The notes: generated by a model not told the origin, from the letters alone. Shown: positions 19,066 through 28,647, counted from the first letter of the stretch. The stretch is 64,000 nucleotides of DNA from an uncultured Nitrososphaeria archaeon (GCA_964448685.1 CAYUWR010000010.1:1144-65143); one strand, 5' to 3'. Translations and numbers: made by a program.

Positions 19066-20097
19066 TCATTTGCCAACAAGCTTCTTGATCCTGTCAGCGA
19101 TCGCCTTAGCCATCTCCATCGTGGTAGCGCTCCCCCCAAGATCGTATGTGACATGCTCACGTTCAGCAATCACCTCTTCTGTAGCCGCGAACACAGCCTG
19201 ACTCGATTTCCTGTCACCTAGATAGTCCAGCATCCATCCTGCAGAGAGGATCATAGCAGTAGGATTAACCTTATTTAAGCCCTTGTACTTTGGAGCACTA
19301 CCGTGAGCTGGCTCAAACAACGCGTACCTGTCACCGAAGTTACCCGAATAAATGCATCCTATGCTTCCCACGAGACCAGACGCCTCTTCAGATATTATGT
19401 CCATGAAGAGGTTTGTCCCCAATATCACGTTCTGATCAAATCTTTGAGGATTCTTAACAAGCTGCTGAGCCAAGTTGTCGATGTAATATTCCTCGTAGGA
19501 TATGTTGGGAAATCCCTTAGATGCCTTTTCGACAGACTCAATAAAGATGCCATCACATTCCCTCATAATGTTACGTTTGGTTACGACAACAACCTTCTTC
19601 CAGCCCCTATCATACGCGACCTCAAACGCCTTTCTAGCCACCTTCTCAGACTGCCTTCTCGTAATCTTTCTAACCGCTATCGCGGCATCATCGCCGATCC
19701 TGTGCTCGATTCCACTGTAAAGCCCCTCTGTCGTCTCCCTCACACAGACAAAATCCACCTTCCCAAGCGGCCCCTCATAACCTCTAAACGTCTTTATCGG
19801 CCTAATGTTAGCATAGAGATCAAACTTCTGCCTTATACTTACAACTACACTCTTCGGTGCACCACTCACCGATGGGGTGGTCATCGGCGCCTTAAGGCAT
19901 GCATCAGAATTCTTCAACTTCTCCCATGTTTCGTCAGGGATGAACGAGTCACCACCATGAACCTGCCACCATTCATAGCCGGCATCACATTGGACGAAAT
20001 CGATTTCAGGCTTAAGCGCATCAAGCACAACCTGTGCAGCCTCCAAGAGCTCTGGGCCAACACCATCTCCTTTAATCAAGGCGACACGCTTCAACAT
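19066..20097 (-). CDS. Isocitrate / homoisocitrate / isopropylmalate dehydrogenase family enzyme (paralog of leuB at 33375)
   Basis: 343 aa. IKGDGVGPE...LYANIRP...RETTEGLYSG...NLFMDIISEEASGLVGSIG...FEPAHGSAP. Substrate specificity cannot be decided from the sequence alone. Confidence 0.8.
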   Translation of the reverse strand: MLKRVALIKGDGVGPELLEAAQVVLDALKPEIDFVQCDAGYEWWQVHGGDSFIPDETWEKLKNSDACLKAPMTTPSVSGAPKSVVVSIRQKFDLYANIRPIKTFRGYEGPLGKVDFVCVRETTEGLYSGIEHRIGDDAAIAVRKITRRQSEKVARKAFEVAYDRGWKKVVVVTKRNIMRECDGIFIESVEKASKGFPNISYEEYYIDNLAQQLVKNPQRFDQNVILGTNLFMDIISEEASGLVGSIGCIYSGNFGDRYALFEPAHGSAPKYKGLNKVNPTAMILSAGWMLDYLGDRKSSQAVFAATEEVIAEREHVTYDLGGSATTMEMAKAIADRIKKLVGK

Positions 20098-20458
20098 TCA
20101 CACTGAAGGGAGCTCCATTACATATCCAATTAAATCTTTCGCATTGGCAACTTCAAGAACACGCCTACAGCCATCAGCCTATCTACTCAATATGCGTCTG
20201 CCACAGCTACCGTGGCAGAACACATTCAAGAGACGGGAAAGGCCAGAGTCCATCCATGAGCACGGAGACAACAGCTGCCGCGGTCGACTTCACCATCCAA
20301 CCTCACAGGGCTGCATAACTTCAGCCTCGGCAACAGTCTTTCCGACCGATGCCGATCTTCGAGAATATTGGAAGACGGAAGACCCAAAGAAGCCATACAC
20401 ACACTGACGTCGTGTATAATAATGTATCATCTACCCTATGTGAGCTGACCGGAAGCCA

Positions 20459-21721
20459 TCACTTCCTTCTAGCATCGAACAATTTCTTTACAATATAGTA
20501 GGCAGCACCAGCCAATAGACATGCGCAGCCCATCAAGAACACCTGCAACTGAACAAAGGCCAAGAGAGCCAAACACGTCACCAGACCCACAGCTGGGACA
20601 AGACGAGGATAGACCCTAAGATCTGCCTTCAACCTCAGATCAGAGACATTTGCTATAGCATAATAGAACAACAGTGCAAAGTTGCTTACCGCGACGACAC
20701 CAGCAAGATCGACAAACATGACAAGCAACATCATGATAATTCCAAAGGCCAAGATCGACCACGACGGAACCCCATGGCCTGAACCCAACCTGCCGAAGAT
20801 GGATGGTAGATCATTGCGTCTAGCCATTGCGAAGGCCATCCGTGAAACACCGAGAATCGATGTGAGCAATACGGTGGCGGTCGCCAACATGCCACCCAAC
20901 GATATGGCGTAAACAAGTAGGGGGCTACCAATGACACCTACTGCGTCAGAAAGGGGAGAATTAGACTTCGAAATGCCACCTGCGCCGACAAGACCGACAG
21001 CTACAACACCGACGGAAATGTACAAGGCTGTAGAAATTATTAGAGATAAGATTATCGCGCGGGGAACATTCTTTCTCGCATCCTTGACTTCTTCTGCTAC
21101 AACCGCGATCCTTGCAAACCCACCATAGGCGAAGAAGATGAAGAAGGCACCATAGAATACGCCTAACTGGGAGGGCATGAAGGGCACAAAGTTCGAAGGT
21201 TTCATGTAAAAGAGTCCAACAGCACAAAAGATGACCAAGATGGAAACCTTCGCGGTGACAAGCAGATTATTCAATACAGCCGACTGCTTTGAACCAAACA
21301 GGTTGAAGGCTGTAAAGACAAGGCAGACAGCTGCCGCCACCATCCGGTAGTCGACAGAGGGAAAAAGCACCTTCAAGTAGTATGCGAACCCTAAAGAGAC
21401 AGCCGCACCAACAAAGGTGTTTGATACAATCCACATCCAGCCCGTCAAGAATCCCGCGAATGGTGAGATAAGCTGATAGGCGAATTCGTAGACACTGCCC
21501 TCCTTCGGCATCCACCTAGTCAGTTCAACGAAACTCAAAGCAGTAAAAAATGCTATCAAGCCAGCTATCATCATAGATACGACAAGGGCTGGACCGGCCA
21601 GACCAGCCGCAATACCTGTTACGATATATATCCCGCCGCCTATGATCGCCCCTATAGATATAGTCGTAGCGTCAAACAGGCTCAAAGTCGACCTAAGATG
21701 TCTCTCTGACTTGCCACTCAC
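20459..21721 (-). CDS. APC-family amino-acid permease
   Basis: 420 aa with about 12 TM helices. N-terminal motif LSLFDATTISIGAIIGGGIY. Confidence 0.8.
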   Translation of the reverse strand: MSGKSERHLRSTLSLFDATTISIGAIIGGGIYIVTGIAAGLAGPALVVSMMIAGLIAFFTALSFVELTRWMPKEGSVYEFAYQLISPFAGFLTGWMWIVSNTFVGAAVSLGFAYYLKVLFPSVDYRMVAAAVCLVFTAFNLFGSKQSAVLNNLLVTAKVSILVIFCAVGLFYMKPSNFVPFMPSQLGVFYGAFFIFFAYGGFARIAVVAEEVKDARKNVPRAIILSLIISTALYISVGVVAVGLVGAGGISKSNSPLSDAVGVIGSPLLVYAISLGGMLATATVLLTSILGVSRMAFAMARRNDLPSIFGRLGSGHGVPSWSILAFGIIMMLLVMFVDLAGVVAVSNFALLFYYAIANVSDLRLKADLRVYPRLVPAVGLVTCLALLAFVQLQVFLMGCACLLAGAAYYIVKKLFDARRK

Positions 21722-21786
21722 AATCGAAGCATCAACACTATTTTATTAAAACTTTAGATGCCCACGTCCACGAGCCACCCGTAGCC

Positions 21787-21815
21787 GTTCTAAGATTAGA
21801 ACGTGTGCGTTCTAA
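21787..21815 (+). promoter_or_regulatory. Operator-like repeats GTTCTAA-GA-TTAGAAC-N6-GTTCTAA abutting a TATA-like AAATTATA
   Basis: A perfect 7-bp inverted repeat (21787..21793 / 21796..21802) plus a third direct half-site (21809..21815). The half-site overlaps the AT box about 37 nt upstream of ATG 21855. Confidence 0.35.
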
Positions 21816-21854
21816 ATTATAGGATTATCTCTCCCGACATCTGCCATAAACGCG

Positions 21855-22622
21855 ATGGACATGAACAGAGAACAGAAGATCGTAACAATCGGTGTAGTGG
21901 CAATAGCTCTTGCGCTGGCTTCAGCTTCTTTCTACACAGGCTTTAACAGCAACCCTACAATCACAGCAAACACGACAACTCCACCCGAACACACCCTCTC
22001 AGTCACAGGAGTTGGAGAAGTCAACGTCAACCCAGACCTCGCGAAAATCATGTTGGCGTCGGTCACAGAGGCTCCAACAACTGCAGAGGCAGCTGCCAGA
22101 AATGCGGAGATCGTGAACGAGCTCCTAAACCGACTGGCTGCGATGGGCATAGGGAAAGATAGCATAAAGACAACCTCCTATAACATATATCCAGTCTACA
22201 AATATCCAAGTGACGGAAGCACCCCATTCATAGTAGGATATAGGGTATCCCACAGCCTAGAGATTTCTATCCAGGGAACCGACATGCTACAGCTTGGACA
22301 AAGAGCTGGAAAGGTCATAGACGAGGCGGTCGCGGCAGGAGTAAACCAAGTGTCAGGAGTAAGATTCACTGTGACAGAGCAGACAATGAAGCAGCTCAGG
22401 AACCAGGCGCTACAGCTGGCGATATCTGATGCGTCAACAAAGGCGAACCTAACAGCCAAAGCCTTAGGGGTAAAGATAATCGGTGTACAATCCGCCAGCG
22501 AGAGTGCATCAACTCAGCCGCCTATCTACTACCTAGACGCCAAAGCAGAAGCCGGAACAACCCTGATACCGGGACAGGTCACCATATCTTCTTCAATATA
22601 CGTCGTCTACATAATAGGCTAG
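21855..22622 (+). CDS. SIMPL/DUF541-domain protein with N-terminal membrane anchor
   Basis: 255 aa. N-terminal TM, then LSVTGVGEVNVNPDLAKI...AEAAARNAEIVNELLNRLAAMGIGKDSIKTTSYNIYPVY. Confidence 0.7.
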   Translation: MDMNREQKIVTIGVVAIALALASASFYTGFNSNPTITANTTTPPEHTLSVTGVGEVNVNPDLAKIMLASVTEAPTTAEAAARNAEIVNELLNRLAAMGIGKDSIKTTSYNIYPVYKYPSDGSTPFIVGYRVSHSLEISIQGTDMLQLGQRAGKVIDEAVAAGVNQVSGVRFTVTEQTMKQLRNQALQLAISDASTKANLTAKALGVKIIGVQSASESASTQPPIYYLDAKAEAGTTLIPGQVTISSSIYVVYIIG

Positions 22623-22721
22623 AAGCAGAATCCAAGCCACCGTACACCTGAAGGAGGGAAACCTCCACCCATTTTTGTTCTCCAACAGCCAAAAGCACAC
22701 TGGAGAATATGGAGACTACCC

Positions 22722-22729
22722 TTATATAT
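22722..22729 (+). promoter_or_regulatory. TATA box (TTATATAT) for the EamA transporter gene
   Basis: Centre lies about 30 nt upstream of ATG 22756, implying a leaderless or near-leaderless transcript. Confidence 0.45.
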
Positions 22730-22755
22730 GGTACACATTTCAGTTCGAGCAGAAC

Positions 22756-23625
22756 ATGATAGACATCGTGCTCGCAATACTGGCATCATTCTTTCTGGCC
22801 TCAAGCGTTGTAGACATAAGAAGAGGGCTGCAGAAGATGGATTACATAACATGCAGCATCATCATCACTCTAGTCGGGTTGGCGGTACTACTTCCGCCCA
22901 CCATCCTCTTCACAGACTTCCATAAGGTAGACTACGGCAGCCTCATGCTCTTCACGGTAGCCGGAATACTGGCACCAGGCCTCGCAAGACTATTCCTCTT
23001 CAAGAGCATCGAAAAGATCGGTGCCCTAATAACGGCATCGATCATGCCAGCCCAACCGATCGTAAGCGCTTCACTAGCAGCATTCATGCTATCGGAGAAA
23101 CCTTCAATCGGACTCTGGATAGCCATATTCTCGATCGTCGTAGGGTCGATAGTCATCGAAACCAGTCGGATAATAGAAAGCGGGTCAACAGATGTCACGT
23201 TCTGGCTGCTGGTTCCCTTCTCCGGCATATTCTTTGGCGGTTTAAGCGATCTAACGAGGAAGGTGGCGTTAAGTTTCACCCCGCTTCCTCTGCTGGGGAC
23301 AACGGTAGCAAACATTTCTTCGCTACTTCCATTCGCTATCGCATTTGCCATATCAGATGATCCGAAGAAGGGTAGAGTTCTAAGACGGGAGAATATTCTA
23401 GCGCTCTGGAGAGGAGGCATACTTATGGCAGCTGGCTGGCTACTTAGCTTCTACGCACTCAACTACGGTGAAGTTTCAAGGGTGATCCCTCTTGTCAGCG
23501 CACAGCCTCTATTCGTATTCCTAATTGCACGCACATACTTGAAGGGGGTCGAGAATGTATCATGGAGGCCTGTGGCCGGCGCAATCGTGATGATATCAGG
23601 CATCATATTGCTTCTTATCGCCTGA
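22756..23625 (+). CDS. EamA/DMT-superfamily transporter
   Basis: Starting at ATG 22756 (MIDIVLAILASFFLASS...) there are 10 predicted TM helices forming two EamA-like halves. The upstream 27 codons of the ORF-track model overlap the TATA box. Confidence 0.75.
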   Translation: MIDIVLAILASFFLASSVVDIRRGLQKMDYITCSIIITLVGLAVLLPPTILFTDFHKVDYGSLMLFTVAGILAPGLARLFLFKSIEKIGALITASIMPAQPIVSASLAAFMLSEKPSIGLWIAIFSIVVGSIVIETSRIIESGSTDVTFWLLVPFSGIFFGGLSDLTRKVALSFTPLPLLGTTVANISSLLPFAIAFAISDDPKKGRVLRRENILALWRGGILMAAGWLLSFYALNYGEVSRVIPLVSAQPLFVFLIARTYLKGVENVSWRPVAGAIVMISGIILLLIA

Positions 23626-23644
23626 CGGCATCCTCTAAACCAGA

Positions 23645-24583
23645 TCAGACGAAGTCAAACCAACTACTATATCTGCCATCCGCAGTCGATATCACTTCAA
23701 AGAACCTTTGCGACAGAATCCTCGTTACAGAACCAACCTTGCCGTCACCTACAGGCCTGTGGTCAACCTCCACAATCGGCGTAACTTCAGCAGCAGTTCC
23801 AGTGAAAAAGAGCTCGTCAGCCAAGAAGACTTCCTCCTTGAGGATATCCTTTTCTACGACCTTATAGCCTAAATCAGAGGCCAGCTTCATGACAGAATCG
23901 CGGGTGACACCCAACAGAATAGAAGATCCAGGCGTTGGCGTATATAGTACGCCGTCTTTGACCAGAAAAAGGTTTTCACCTGGGCCTTCGGAGACAAACC
24001 CTCTAGAGTCCAACATCAAGGCTTCATCGAACCCCTTCATGCGGGCTTCAATGCAGGCCAGTGAAGAGTTGATGTACTGGCCTGTCGCCTTCGCCATCAT
24101 GGGAAGCATGCAGTTCTGGATCCTAACCCAGGACGAAAACGTGCACCTGATACCCTTGTCCCTTGCTCCCTCCCCAAGATAGGCACCCCAAGGCCAGATG
24201 GCGATAGCTACATGAACTGGATTCTCACGATAGTCCAAGCCTCGGTTGCCTACGCCTTTAAAGGCTATCGGCCTGATGTAGTAGTCTCTGAGACCACACA
24301 CTCTGATCAGCTCCTTTGTAGCTTCAACAATAGCCTCCCTCGTATAGGGGATGTTTAAGAAGTATATCTTCGCCGAATTGAAGAACCTATCTATGTGCTC
24401 CTTAAGCCTGAAGACCGCATACCCCTTTATGGTCTTATAGCATCTGATCCCCTCGAAGACGCCGGAACCATAATGTAGGCCGCTTACAAGCACATGAACT
24501 TTGGCTTCATCCCAGGCCACAAACTTGCCATCCATCCAAATCTTTTCAGTTTTCTCTGGCAAATTGACTAAATGGCAGCCCAA
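23645..24583 (-). CDS. ilvE: Branched-chain amino-acid aminotransferase
   Basis: KIWMDGKFVAWDEAKVHVLVSGLHYGSGVFEGIRCY...; class IV PLP fold. The true start may be TTG 24565, given a TATA-like TTTTAATATA at about 24590..24599. Confidence 0.88.
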   Translation of the reverse strand: MGCHLVNLPEKTEKIWMDGKFVAWDEAKVHVLVSGLHYGSGVFEGIRCYKTIKGYAVFRLKEHIDRFFNSAKIYFLNIPYTREAIVEATKELIRVCGLRDYYIRPIAFKGVGNRGLDYRENPVHVAIAIWPWGAYLGEGARDKGIRCTFSSWVRIQNCMLPMMAKATGQYINSSLACIEARMKGFDEALMLDSRGFVSEGPGENLFLVKDGVLYTPTPGSSILLGVTRDSVMKLASDLGYKVVEKDILKEEVFLADELFFTGTAAEVTPIVEVDHRPVGDGKVGSVTRILSQRFFEVISTADGRYSSWFDFV

Positions 24584-24683
24584 GCTCTATATTAAAAGAT
24601 TTCCATAGTAGAATATGGCCTTCCGAGGATAAAGGCAGAGAAAGATGCTTCCAATCGGCAGAAGACATCTAAAGCCTAAGCAC

Positions 24684-25304
24684 TTAGGCCAGGAACACCT
24701 CTCTGTCGACCTCCAGACACCTAGGCCTCGAACGTTCAAAGGATCGAATCCTCTCTTCAAAGCCCAGGGTCAAGCTTATCTCATCCTGTTCGGCGAGACG
24801 CCGCCGAAGCAGAGCGGGGTCCATTTCGAACCCGATCTTGTCACCCTTATTGGTTCGAATCTCCTGGCGGCCCAGATCTATTTCAGCAGTCAACTCACCG
24901 TCCTTCGACTGTTCCTGGAGCTGGCGCACTCCATCTTCGGAAACTCTCACGCATAGAAGGCCACTTTTGAGAGCGTTCCCGTAGAAGATGTCTCCAAAAG
25001 AAGGCGCGATCACCGCTTTGAATCCATAATCGAGCAGGGCCCAAACAGCGAACTCCCTGGAAGACCCTATTCCAAAGTTCTTGCCAGCTACCAGAATAAC
25101 TGCGTCCTTGAATCTGCCGTCATTCAATAGGAAATCGCTTCTTGGCCGGCCTAACTCATCATACCTCCACGTGTAGAAAAGATATCTTCCAAGACCCTTC
25201 CTCGACAACAACTTCAGATATTCTGCTGGTATGATCTGGTCTGTGTCAACATTTTCTGCAGGCAAAGGAGCAACCTTACCAATGATCGAATTCAGCTCAT
25301 TCAC
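24684..25304 (-). CDS. leuD: 3-isopropylmalate dehydratase small subunit
   Basis: GTG 25304 lies 4 nt after the leuC stop. VNELNSIIGKVAPLPAENVDTDQIIPAEYLK...GKNFGIGSSRE. Confidence 0.88.
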   Translation of the reverse strand: MNELNSIIGKVAPLPAENVDTDQIIPAEYLKLLSRKGLGRYLFYTWRYDELGRPRSDFLLNDGRFKDAVILVAGKNFGIGSSREFAVWALLDYGFKAVIAPSFGDIFYGNALKSGLLCVRVSEDGVRQLQEQSKDGELTAEIDLGRQEIRTNKGDKIGFEMDPALLRRRLAEQDEISLTLGFEERIRSFERSRPRCLEVDREVFLA

Positions 25305-25308
25305 AGTC

Positions 25309-26730
25309 TCACACCTCCAAGTCGGCTTGATCCAGTTCCCTAACGTCCACAAAATGGCCTTCGATAGCGGCTGCCGCGGCCATCGTTGGACTCACCAAAT
25401 GGGTCTTGACGCCTACGCCCTGCCTGTTCTCAAAGTTTCTGTTAGAGGTGCTGGCAACCCTCTCTCCAGCCTCAAACCTGTCTCCATTCATGCATAGACA
25501 TAGGCTGCAGCCAGAATTCCGAAATTCGAATCCTGCATCAGCAAAGATCTTGTGCAGCCCAAGCCTTTCAGCGTTCCTCTTAACAAGCTGTGACCCTGGC
25601 ACTATTATCGCTTTCACATGCTCTTTCACCTTCTTCCCCTTGACAACCCTAGCCACAGATATGAGGTCAGAGAGCCGCCCATTTGTGCATGAGCCTATGA
25701 AGACGCCTGTAACCTCGATCTCGGAAATCCTTGTTCCAGGCTTAAGGCTCATATATTTTAGGGCTCTTTCCACAGCCTTCCTTTCAGATTCATCCGAATA
25801 GTCTTCGGGACCAGGCACGCTTCCAGTTATCCCTGAAGTCATGGCAGGATTTGTTCCCCACGTCACCTGAGGCTCAAGTCTTGAGACATCGATGGCCACT
25901 TCCTTTTCGAATCTTGCGCTTGGATCTGTGTTTAGTGTCTTGAATAGCCTGCAGGCTTCATCCCATAGCACCCCCTTCGGCGAGAAAGGCTTGTCCTTGA
26001 CATACTCTAACGTCTTGTAGTCGGGTGCTATGATTGAAGTCCTCGCCCCAGCTTCAACAGACATATTACAGATGGTCATCCTCTCTTCAACAGACATAGA
26101 GGCAACCGTGTCCCCGCCGTATTCGATCACGTGCCCAAATCCTCCGCCCACACCCATCACTTTTATGGTATAGAGTACCACGTCCTTGGCTGTGACACCA
26201 TACGGCATACCACCCTTGAGCTCCACCTTCATATTCTTCGGCTTCTTAAGCCAAAGAGTCTGGGTGGCAAGAATATGGGCCAGCTCACTCGTCCCCACTC
26301 CAAAGGCTAGGGAGCCTAAGGCGCCATGCGTACACGTGTGGCTATCTCCACATGCTATCAAGGTGCCTGGAAGGGTCAATCCAAGCTCCGGATATGTCAC
26401 GTGGGCGATCCCCTGATAGGGGCTGAAGCAGTCGAGCAACAGCACATCGAATTCTTTCGCGTTTCTTGAGAGGCTTGCTATCTGCTCAAACGCAAGCACA
26501 TTATCCTCTGAAACCTCTCTGCCAACAGTTGGTATATCATGATCTATGACTGCAAATGTGAGATCTGGCCTCCTAACCCTTATCCCCTTCGACCTCAGCT
26601 CGTCAAAGGCAACCGGCGAAGTGACCTCGTGAACAATATGCCTGTCCACATACAATAGGTCCCTACCATCATCTCCCTCCACTATCACGTGGGCATCCCA
26701 TATCTTGTCTGCAAGAGTCTTACCAGCCAT
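25309..26730 (-). CDS. leuC: 3-isopropylmalate dehydratase large subunit
   Basis: ATG 26730 gives MAGKTLADKIWDAHV...DRHIVHEVTSP...GDSHTCTHGA...GSCTNGR (aconitase-family Fe-S ligand motifs). Confidence 0.9.
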   Translation of the reverse strand: MAGKTLADKIWDAHVIVEGDDGRDLLYVDRHIVHEVTSPVAFDELRSKGIRVRRPDLTFAVIDHDIPTVGREVSEDNVLAFEQIASLSRNAKEFDVLLLDCFSPYQGIAHVTYPELGLTLPGTLIACGDSHTCTHGALGSLAFGVGTSELAHILATQTLWLKKPKNMKVELKGGMPYGVTAKDVVLYTIKVMGVGGGFGHVIEYGGDTVASMSVEERMTICNMSVEAGARTSIIAPDYKTLEYVKDKPFSPKGVLWDEACRLFKTLNTDPSARFEKEVAIDVSRLEPQVTWGTNPAMTSGITGSVPGPEDYSDESERKAVERALKYMSLKPGTRISEIEVTGVFIGSCTNGRLSDLISVARVVKGKKVKEHVKAIIVPGSQLVKRNAERLGLHKIFADAGFEFRNSGCSLCLCMNGDRFEAGERVASTSNRNFENRQGVGVKTHLVSPTMAAAAAIEGHFVDVRELDQADLEV

Positions 26731-26735
26731 CGCCG

Positions 26736-28388
26736 TCACCGCAGAACACATCCTTCACTGGCAGACGTGACACTTCGACTATATCTGAGAAGGAACCTTG
26801 ACTTAGTGGAAGGCCCAGAATAACGCCATCCGCTCCTTCTCCTCTCAAGCTCGTCTGCTTCAACGAGAAGGTCTATCCTCCGTTCAGGCACACTTATCTT
26901 GATCAAGTCTCCCTCCTCCACCAAGGCTATTGGCCCACCTACAGCCGCCTCTGGACATATGTGGCCTACCGCCGGCCCCCGGCTTCCCCCTGAAAACCTA
27001 CCATCCGTTACAAGTGCAACGTCCTTGTCTAGCCCCATTCCCACTATAGTACTTGTGGGACTCAACATTTCACGCATGCCTGGGCCTCCTTTTGGGCCTT
27101 CATATCTGATCACCACGACATCGCCCTTAGCCACCTTCCCATTTGTAATCGCATCATAAGCCTCCTCTTCGCAGTCATACACTTTAGAGCGGCCTTCAAA
27201 AACGTAGTCCTTAGCCTCTAAGGCAGAAGCCTTCATAACGGCACCTTCAGGTGCAAGGGTACCCCTCAAGATCACCACCCCTCCGGTAGGATGAATAGGC
27301 TCATCCAATTCTCTAATGACCTCCTCGTTCGATATCACAGCGTTCTCCACTATCTCGTTGACTTGTTTCCCTGACACAGTCGGCAAGTTCAAATGTAGCC
27401 TACCCTTTATCCTCTTCATGAGAGCCGGGACCCCGCCGCTTGCGTGAAGATCTTCGATCACATATTCACCGCCAGGATATATTGGTGAAATGTGTGGTAT
27501 GATCCGACTTAACCCATCAAAGTCGTCCAATCCTATTTCGACCCCAGCTTCTCTACTGATAGCCATCAGGTGCAATACGGTGTTGGTTGACCCCCCCAAC
27601 GCCATGTCAACCATTATCGCGTTCTCAAAAGCCTTCCTACTCATGAACCTTCGAATATTCTCTCCATCTCGGACCAGCTTCACTATCTGGCATCCCGTCT
27701 TGTAGGCGATCTCCCTCCTTTCCTGACCCATAGACGGCGCAGTTGAAGAGTATGGCAGTGAGATCCCCATCGCTTCACCGAGTATCGCCATTGTGTTGGC
27801 TGTGAACAGGCCACAGCAGGATCCAGGCCCAGGACAAGCCTTCTTCTCGATCTCTACAAGTTCATCGTATCCTATCTTTCCCCTTTCAAATTCGCCTACA
27901 GCCTCGAAGACGTGAATAAGACCTATCTTGTGTCCTCTATAGCGTCCAGCCTCCATCGGCCCGCCTGTCACCAAGATCGAGGGAAGGTCTAGTCTGGCTG
28001 CAGCCATGACCATGCCTGGAGTTATCTTGTCACAGTTAGACAGCAGCACGAGACCGTCGAAGGCGTGCGCTTTGGCCATGATCTCCACAGAGTCCGCGAT
28101 AACCTCCCTTGATGGAAGAGAATACTTCATACCCTCATGCCCCATGGCAATACCATCGTCCACCGCTATCGTGTTAAATTCGAATGGCACACCTCCAGAG
28201 TCAACCACCCCCTTCTTCACATACCCGACGAGCTCGTTCAGGTGAACATGCCCAGCAACAACTTCCGAGTAGCTGTTAGCTATTCCTATGAAGGGTTTGC
28301 TGAAGTCTTCATCCCTTAATCCGACAGCTCTAAAGAGCGAGCGATGCGGCGCCCTACCTGGGCCCTCCTTAACCCTCCTACTTTCCAT
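26736..28388 (-). CDS. ilvD: Dihydroxy-acid dehydratase
   Basis: 550 aa. PFIGIANSYSEVVAGHVHL...SNCDKITPGM...GGSTNTVLHL...ALVTDGRFSGGS. Confidence 0.93.
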   Translation of the reverse strand: MESRRVKEGPGRAPHRSLFRAVGLRDEDFSKPFIGIANSYSEVVAGHVHLNELVGYVKKGVVDSGGVPFEFNTIAVDDGIAMGHEGMKYSLPSREVIADSVEIMAKAHAFDGLVLLSNCDKITPGMVMAAARLDLPSILVTGGPMEAGRYRGHKIGLIHVFEAVGEFERGKIGYDELVEIEKKACPGPGSCCGLFTANTMAILGEAMGISLPYSSTAPSMGQERREIAYKTGCQIVKLVRDGENIRRFMSRKAFENAIMVDMALGGSTNTVLHLMAISREAGVEIGLDDFDGLSRIIPHISPIYPGGEYVIEDLHASGGVPALMKRIKGRLHLNLPTVSGKQVNEIVENAVISNEEVIRELDEPIHPTGGVVILRGTLAPEGAVMKASALEAKDYVFEGRSKVYDCEEEAYDAITNGKVAKGDVVVIRYEGPKGGPGMREMLSPTSTIVGMGLDKDVALVTDGRFSGGSRGPAVGHICPEAAVGGPIALVEEGDLIKISVPERRIDLLVEADELERRRSGWRYSGPSTKSRFLLRYSRSVTSASEGCVLR

Positions 28389-28412
28389 GGTACGGAGAAC
28401 GGCTGACCATTT

Positions 28413-28420
28413 CTATATAA
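28413..28420 (-). promoter_or_regulatory. TATA box (TTATATAG on the minus strand) for ilvD-leuCD
   Basis: Centre lies about 28 nt upstream of ilvD ATG 28388, matching the leaderless spacing seen elsewhere in this window. Confidence 0.5.
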
Positions 28421-28532
28421 GCGTTTGCTGTGAGAGACACTTGGCATAAGCCTTGGAAATGGTTCGAGCAGGCCGCAAAGGTGGCAGATTAGCCTATTTT
28501 GGGGCCGCCTTTGACATCATGGCTCCGATAAG

Positions 28533-28540
28533 TTTATAAA
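28533..28540 (+). promoter_or_regulatory. TATA box (TTTATAAA) driving the ilv leader / ilvBN-ilvC-leuAB operon
   Basis: Centre lies about 29-30 nt upstream of ATG 28566, the same spacing as at 22722/22756 and 28413/28388. Confidence 0.5.
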
Positions 28541-28565
28541 ATGAATTGTGGTTGCTTGATTGCTA

Positions 28566-28646
28566 ATGAAAAGGTCAATCGCACAGTCGACGCAGTCCTC
28601 CAGCACAAGGAGAACAGATATTATTCTCCTTGTACTCATTGTATAA
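28566..28646 (+). CDS. Candidate 26-codon leader peptide MKRSIAQSTQSSSTRRTDIILLVLIV* (last 8 codons all Ile/Leu/Val)
   Basis: My own translation. The ATG sits at the predicted TSS. The final codons are ATT ATT CTC CTT GTA CTC ATT GTA TAA, and the ORF ends 37 nt before ilvB. Too short for the ORF track. Confidence 0.35.
   Translation: MKRSIAQSTQSSSTRRTDIILLVLIV
28605..28633 (+). promoter_or_regulatory. Perfect 10-bp stem hairpin inside the leader ORF (ACAAGGAGAA-N9-TTCTCCTTGT)
   Basis: The 3' arm coincides with the Ile-Ile-Leu-Leu-Val codons of the leader ORF. Confidence 0.4.
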
Positions 28647-28647
28647 G

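Noticed and set aside
20144-20407. An 87-aa ORF in the unassigned gap.
   Set aside because: It has no start context, no recognisable motif, and composition unlike neighbouring genes. It is treated as non-coding within the unexplained region reported as a finding.
24848-24866. A T-loop-like motif, GGTTCGAATCTCC, that might indicate a tRNA.
   Set aside because: It lies inside leuD coding sequence. The flanking bases do not form a T-stem, acceptor stem or anticodon arm.
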